Assembly (NCBI GenBank): GCA_964514305.1
Contig: CAZEQD010000003.1
Span: 16,449-80,448, forward strand
Source: an uncultured Eubacteriales bacterium
GTDB lineage: Bacteria; Acidobacteriota; Aminicenantia; Aminicenantales; Aminicenantaceae
Direction: 5' to 3'
DNA length: 64,000 bases
Both the position numbers and the translations under genes were made by a program. The number at the start of each line of letters is the position of its first letter. The first letter of the stretch is position 1. The notes under the pieces were generated by a model. That model was given only the letters and a program-made list of their open reading frames with translations. It searched no databases and had not been told where the DNA came from. Below are positions 60,087 through 64,000 of the stretch, piece by piece.

Positions 60087-60863
60087 TCATATTTTAATCC
60101 TTTGGAAATCCGTAGGGATAATCAATTCGCCTTTATAATTCTGTTTTATCTCCTTTTCAATTTCTAACAGAGAAAAATCTAATTCCCCAAAAAAATGGCA
60201 GGGAATAAGACATTTGATTCGGGCCTCTTGGGCAAATTTTCCTAGCTGGAGAGAATGAGTATGCATTTCATAAAGCGAAGGGTATTCTTTAAAAAAACGG
60301 GAAGGTGCACTACAGTCATGAACCAGACAATCTAAGTCATTAACTAAATCAAACAGAGGGGGATAAAGAGGAGTGTCACCAGAATAAATTAACTTTTTAT
60401 TCTCCTTGACAAAATTAAAATAAAAAGCAAGAGAAGAAGGATGATGAGGAACTTTGACAGCCATTACTTGCAAAGAAGGAGTTAAAGTAAAGAGTTGACC
60501 ATCTTTCAAAGTAATGAAATTAATTTTTGTTTTTATTTTCTCTTCTCTAAGATGAAAAAGATCAAGAAGCTGCTGACAGAAGATAATAGTTTCTTCGGAA
60601 CCATAAAGGTTTATAAGACATTCATCCAACATCAGGCTATGTACCAAAGAAGGTAAACCATAGATATGATCAGGATGAATATGAGTAACCAGGATTGTAG
60701 AAAGATGCTGAGGGGTAAAGTCCAATTTTTTTATCTTCTGGATAACACTCCCAGGACAATCAATAAGAATGAGGGACTCCGCTTGACTGAAGAGCAAAGA
60801 AGTATTATCCCTTTCTTTGGTGGCTACCGAGCCGCCAGTGCCCATAAAAAACATTTCAGCCAT
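60087..60863 (-). CDS. MBL-fold metallo-hydrolase, RNase Z-like
   Basis: GTGG, LIDCPG, THIHPDH..G, HH, YSGDT, HDCS, HTH, PCHF. Confidence 0.82.
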   Translation of the reverse strand: MAEMFFMGTGGSVATKERDNTSLLFSQAESLILIDCPGSVIQKIKKLDFTPQHLSTILVTHIHPDHIYGLPSLVHSLMLDECLINLYGSEETIIFCQQLLDLFHLREEKIKTKINFITLKDGQLFTLTPSLQVMAVKVPHHPSSLAFYFNFVKENKKLIYSGDTPLYPPLFDLVNDLDCLVHDCSAPSRFFKEYPSLYEMHTHSLQLGKFAQEARIKCLIPCHFFGELDFSLLEIEKEIKQNYKGELIIPTDFQRIKI

Positions 60864-60965
60864 TATTCTCTTTCTTCTGGGTAAAAGACTTTTATAATTT
60901 AAATCTTTCCCAAAATCAAGGACAGTCAGGGCTCTGTTACGAAAAGTGGGGTTATTGATGCTTAT

Positions 60966-61094
60966 GGGGTCAGACCTTCATAAGTTTCATAACTTTAATT
61001 CTTACAATAATTGTAATAACCTTTGTCCCTTACAAACCGACGAAATATATCAATAGAGAAGCATAATTTATGAAACTTATGAAGGTCTGACCCC
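60966..61094. mobile_element. 129-bp non-autonomous palindromic element, copy 2
   Basis: Same 27-bp TIRs as 16014-16142, core in the opposite orientation, 5 substitutions. Confidence 0.75.
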
Positions 61095-61253
61095 ATCTGC
61101 TGGCTATTATAGAGCCGGACAATCATGTGAATCATTCAACTTTAGTTGCTGATTTTTTTGCCTGTTTCCTTAATTTTCCCCTTTCTCTTTACTCCTCACC
61201 ATGGTAACAGATGTACCCCTTTGACTTTTAATTTGTGAGCTTATATAAAAATA

Positions 61254-62342
61254 ATGAAAAAAATGGCAGAAGACGAAATCAAAGTTTCTGCTCCAGGCAG
61301 ATTATGCCTCCTGGGTGAACACCAAGACTATTTTGGTCTATCCATCATAGCCATGGCCATCAACCGCAGAATTACCATTTCTGGCCGAAAAAGAAATGAC
61401 CATCACTTGAAAATTGATCTGCCTGACACAGACGAAAGAGATGAATTCCACCTAGGCCAAGAACTACCCTATCGGCAGAAGAGAGAATACTTAAGAAGTA
61501 CAGTCAATATCCTTTTCAGAGAAGGAATTTGGCCGGAGATAGGCTGGGATTGTTCGATAACCGGCTCTATCCCTATCAATTCTGGCACAGCCAGCTCTTC
61601 AGCACTCGTTGTGGCCTGGACAAAGTTCCTGCTGGAAGCAGCTAAACATCCTTTAGCTAATAATCCACAGGCTTTGGCCGAATTAAGTTTTAAGGCAGAA
61701 GTCAAAGAATTTAAAGAACCAGGGGGGAAAATGGATCATTTTTCCTCTTCTTTGGGTGGTCTCATCCATCTTAGCTTCAGCCCTAAATTTAAAATTACAA
61801 AATTTAAAACCTCACTCCAGGAATTTGTCTTAGCTGACTCCCTTGAAAAAAAAGACACAACCGGCCTTCTTAGTTACATTAAGACTAATGTTTACCAGGC
61901 TGTGGCTTCCTTAAGAAAAAAAGTAAAAAACTTTAACCTAAATACTCCTCTTAACCGGGAAACTTTAGCTGAAATAAACAAGTTAGAAGAGGAGAAAAAA
62001 AGGTTGCTCCTGGGAACCCTCCTAACCCGAGATTTGATTGGAGAAGGAACAAAGGCTTTTCAGGCTCGAAATTTCAATCATCAACATTTCGGAGATTTAC
62101 TTAATCGTCAGCATCAAATACTCAGAGATTATCTTCATATCTCTACTTCTAAAATTGAAGAAATGATAAAAACTTCCCTTCAAGCTGGTGCTCTGGGAGC
62201 CAAAATAAACGGTTCGGGTGGGGGTGGCTGTATATTTGCCTATGCTCCTCAAAAAGCCAATAAAGTAGCTAAAGCCCTGGAGAACATGGGAACAAAAGCT
62301 TACATTGTCAAAATGGATTACGGAGTAAAGAGAGAAAAATAA
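61254..62342 (+). CDS. GHMP-family sugar kinase (galactokinase-like)
   Basis: SAPGRLCLLGEHQDY, PINSGTASSSA, GKMD, GAKINGSGGGGC. Confidence 0.88.
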   Translation: MKKMAEDEIKVSAPGRLCLLGEHQDYFGLSIIAMAINRRITISGRKRNDHHLKIDLPDTDERDEFHLGQELPYRQKREYLRSTVNILFREGIWPEIGWDCSITGSIPINSGTASSSALVVAWTKFLLEAAKHPLANNPQALAELSFKAEVKEFKEPGGKMDHFSSSLGGLIHLSFSPKFKITKFKTSLQEFVLADSLEKKDTTGLLSYIKTNVYQAVASLRKKVKNFNLNTPLNRETLAEINKLEEEKKRLLLGTLLTRDLIGEGTKAFQARNFNHQHFGDLLNRQHQILRDYLHISTSKIEEMIKTSLQAGALGAKINGSGGGGCIFAYAPQKANKVAKALENMGTKAYIVKMDYGVKREK

Positions 62343-62409
62343 ATATTTTAGAAGATGAATATTCAAAATTACAAATCGAAAAAAGTTAAGAAAGGGGTAA
62401 AACAAAAAA

Positions 62410-62973
62410 ATGATTAGTGCCACTCAAATCAGGAAAGGAATGATTATTAAAATCGAAGGAAACCTCTATCGGGTGCTGGAAGCAACCCACATTACCCCAG
62501 GCAAAGGCCAGGCTTTAATGCAGACCAAACTTCGCAATCTAAAAGATCAGACTCTCCTCGATTATAGATTCCGCTCAAAAGACAAGGTCAAGCAGGCTTT
62601 CTTGGAAGAAATAGAGATGGAATACCTCTATCAAGATGGGAAAGAGTATGTTTTTATGAATCTTTCCTCTTACGAACAGATTAAACTGCCAGAGGAAGTA
62701 ATTGGCGAGAGCAAAAATTACCTGGTTCCTAACGTAGTCTTTTCCGTAGAAATGCATCAAGGTCAACCGGTAGGCATCAATCCTCCCCTCACAGTAGATT
62801 TAAAAGTGGTGAAAACAGAGCCCTTTCTCAAAGGCGCTACTCAATCTGCTAGCAGTAAGCCGGCTCTGCTGGAAACGGGAATTACCATTAACGTTCCTCA
62901 GTTTATAAAAAATGGCGACGTAGTCCGAATTGATACCCGGGAAAATAAATATTTGGAGCGGGTAAAAAGTTGA
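62410..62973 (+). CDS. efp: Translation elongation factor P
   Basis: HITPGKGQA, TFRS-like YRFRS, YLYQDG, KPALLETG, VPQFI..GD...IDTR...Y..R. Confidence 0.96.
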   Translation: MISATQIRKGMIIKIEGNLYRVLEATHITPGKGQALMQTKLRNLKDQTLLDYRFRSKDKVKQAFLEEIEMEYLYQDGKEYVFMNLSSYEQIKLPEEVIGESKNYLVPNVVFSVEMHQGQPVGINPPLTVDLKVVKTEPFLKGATQSASSKPALLETGITINVPQFIKNGDVVRIDTRENKYLERVKS

Positions 62974-63015
62974 TCCAAAGAGGAGACAGTCTAGGAGCTT
63001 AAATAAGACTCGCTC

Positions 63016-64000
63016 TTAAAAAGTATGCCGATAAACACCGATATTTCCTTGGCCATCTATTATCTTTATTGTTATCAAATTATCCATAGCCTTAGAAAGC
63101 TTTATGCTTAATTTAAAACTTTCTTGTTTTGAATCACAAAGCCCATCTATAGGAAAAACAGCCTGCCAATTTCCTGGTTTTATAATATAATAAACTTTCT
63201 TTATAAAAGAGGTAGTATCGGTAGTTGTAAAGGTGACTTCAAGCTTTCCTTTATTTTTTATTGCTTGAAAATTCGCAACAGCCGGCAGAGAATTGTCAAT
63301 AACAATAGGAGAGCTTACTTTCTCTGTTCTTAATTCCATTCCCTGAGGATTAGAAGGAGAGTCAACCGCCTCAATCTTGAGAAAATAAACTCCATCGGGA
63401 AAAGATAGGGTTTCGAAGGTATAAATTTTATCTCTGTAGCCCTCTTTGACCATCCTCCATTTTTTCTCATCCTCTCTTCTTAAGTAAAGATTAAAAACGA
63501 CGTCATCTCCATTCTCATCCATTGCTTCCCAGACTACAGTTTGAAACCCTTTCCTCCATACTTTTTTAGCTATAACCACTGATTTAATCTTATCTTGTTC
63601 TTGGTTGGTCAGACTAACTTCCTTTTCTGTTCCCCAAATTATTTCTTCCTGGGGAGGAGGTTTGAGAAAAACCTGGTTGGGAGGAAGTAATTCCAGCTTA
63701 GTAATGATAGGAGCTAAGTTGGACTGAAGATAAAAGAGAGAAATTTTGCTTAAAAGAGGGGAAACTTTCCCTGATTGGCTTTTAAAAATTATTTTAAACT
63801 GGAGATAACGGCCTTTTGGACTTAAAATCTGTTCCCCTTCTTTTTTCTGGTAAGGAGGCGACCAGTCACTCCAAGTTTGGCTAGGCTCGTAGGAATTACC
63901 GCTTCTTGTTTGAAATTGGAGAGAACTTTGAGGAGGCACTTCTGCTTCCCAAGAAATTTTACCCCAAGATGAAATAGTCTTAGTGTCCAGGACCCGACTT
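63016..64000 (-). CDS. Conserved hypothetical secreted-type protein, C-terminal part (5' end outside the window)
   Basis: The frame stays open to the window edge (SRVLDTKTISSWGKISW...). Motifs QTRSGNS..P..TWSDWS, RYLQFK, W.A.D.NGD, PDG.Y.LKI.A.D, DG..DS..E. Confidence 0.7.
   Translation of the reverse strand, partial: SRVLDTKTISSWGKISWEAEVPPQSSLQFQTRSGNSYEPSQTWSDWSPPYQKKEGEQILSPKGRYLQFKIIFKSQSGKVSPLLSKISLFYLQSNLAPIITKLELLPPNQVFLKPPPQEEIIWGTEKEVSLTNQEQDKIKSVVIAKKVWRKGFQTVVWEAMDENGDDVVFNLYLRREDEKKWRMVKEGYRDKIYTFETLSFPDGVYFLKIEAVDSPSNPQGMELRTEKVSSPIVIDNSLPAVANFQAIKNKGKLEVTFTTTDTTSFIKKVYYIIKPGNWQAVFPIDGLCDSKQESFKLSIKLSKAMDNLITIKIIDGQGNIGVYRHTF

Noticed and set aside
61254-62973. GHMP kinase as an EF-P modification enzyme
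   Set aside because: Adjacency only; EF-P has the ordinary PGKG loop, and no known EF-P pathway uses a GHMP kinase.

Overview
AT-rich bacterial chromosome segment, mostly housekeeping. It probably comes from an anaerobic, peptide/amino-acid-fermenting diderm; an Aminicenantes/Acidobacteriota-like origin is inferred from gene order and content, not proven. It carries amino-acid catabolism genes (hutH, SDR-type threonine dehydrogenase, kbl, amidinotransferase, peptidases), two tandem speE paralogues, a long envelope operon (ribH-nusB-lysS-lolC/E-lolD-bamA-skp-fabZ-lpxA-lpxI-gnnA-like), an orphan sigma54 activator module, two MacB-like permeases and efp. I saw no rRNA, tRNA, CRISPR array or transposase. 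The best candidate for an undescribed system is the minus-strand redox operon at 47503-57281. It encodes a divergent alanine-dehydrogenase-fold protein (catalytic Lys lost, NADP-type fingerprint), a HydC/HydB pair of bifurcating type, a HydA/NuoG-like subunit with no catalytic metal site, an NfnA whose NAD-binding motifs are all remodelled, a normal NfnB and a CoA-transferase. Together these suggest a HydABC-NfnAB electron-transfer supercomplex. Other observations: a compact sigma54 unit (atypical REC-bEBP, two palindromic UAS, consensus -24/-12 promoter, target gene, stand-alone Fis-type HTH); three non-coding repeat families (GTAG REPs, GGGGTCAG-ended ~112-129 bp palindromic elements with a possible inversion polymorphism, 7-nt-periodic arrays); a natural Ala-Cys-Gly MIO precursor in HutH; and two damaged genes not evident from the ORF track. 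All protein assignments come from motif recognition and recalled family sequences; no searches were run.
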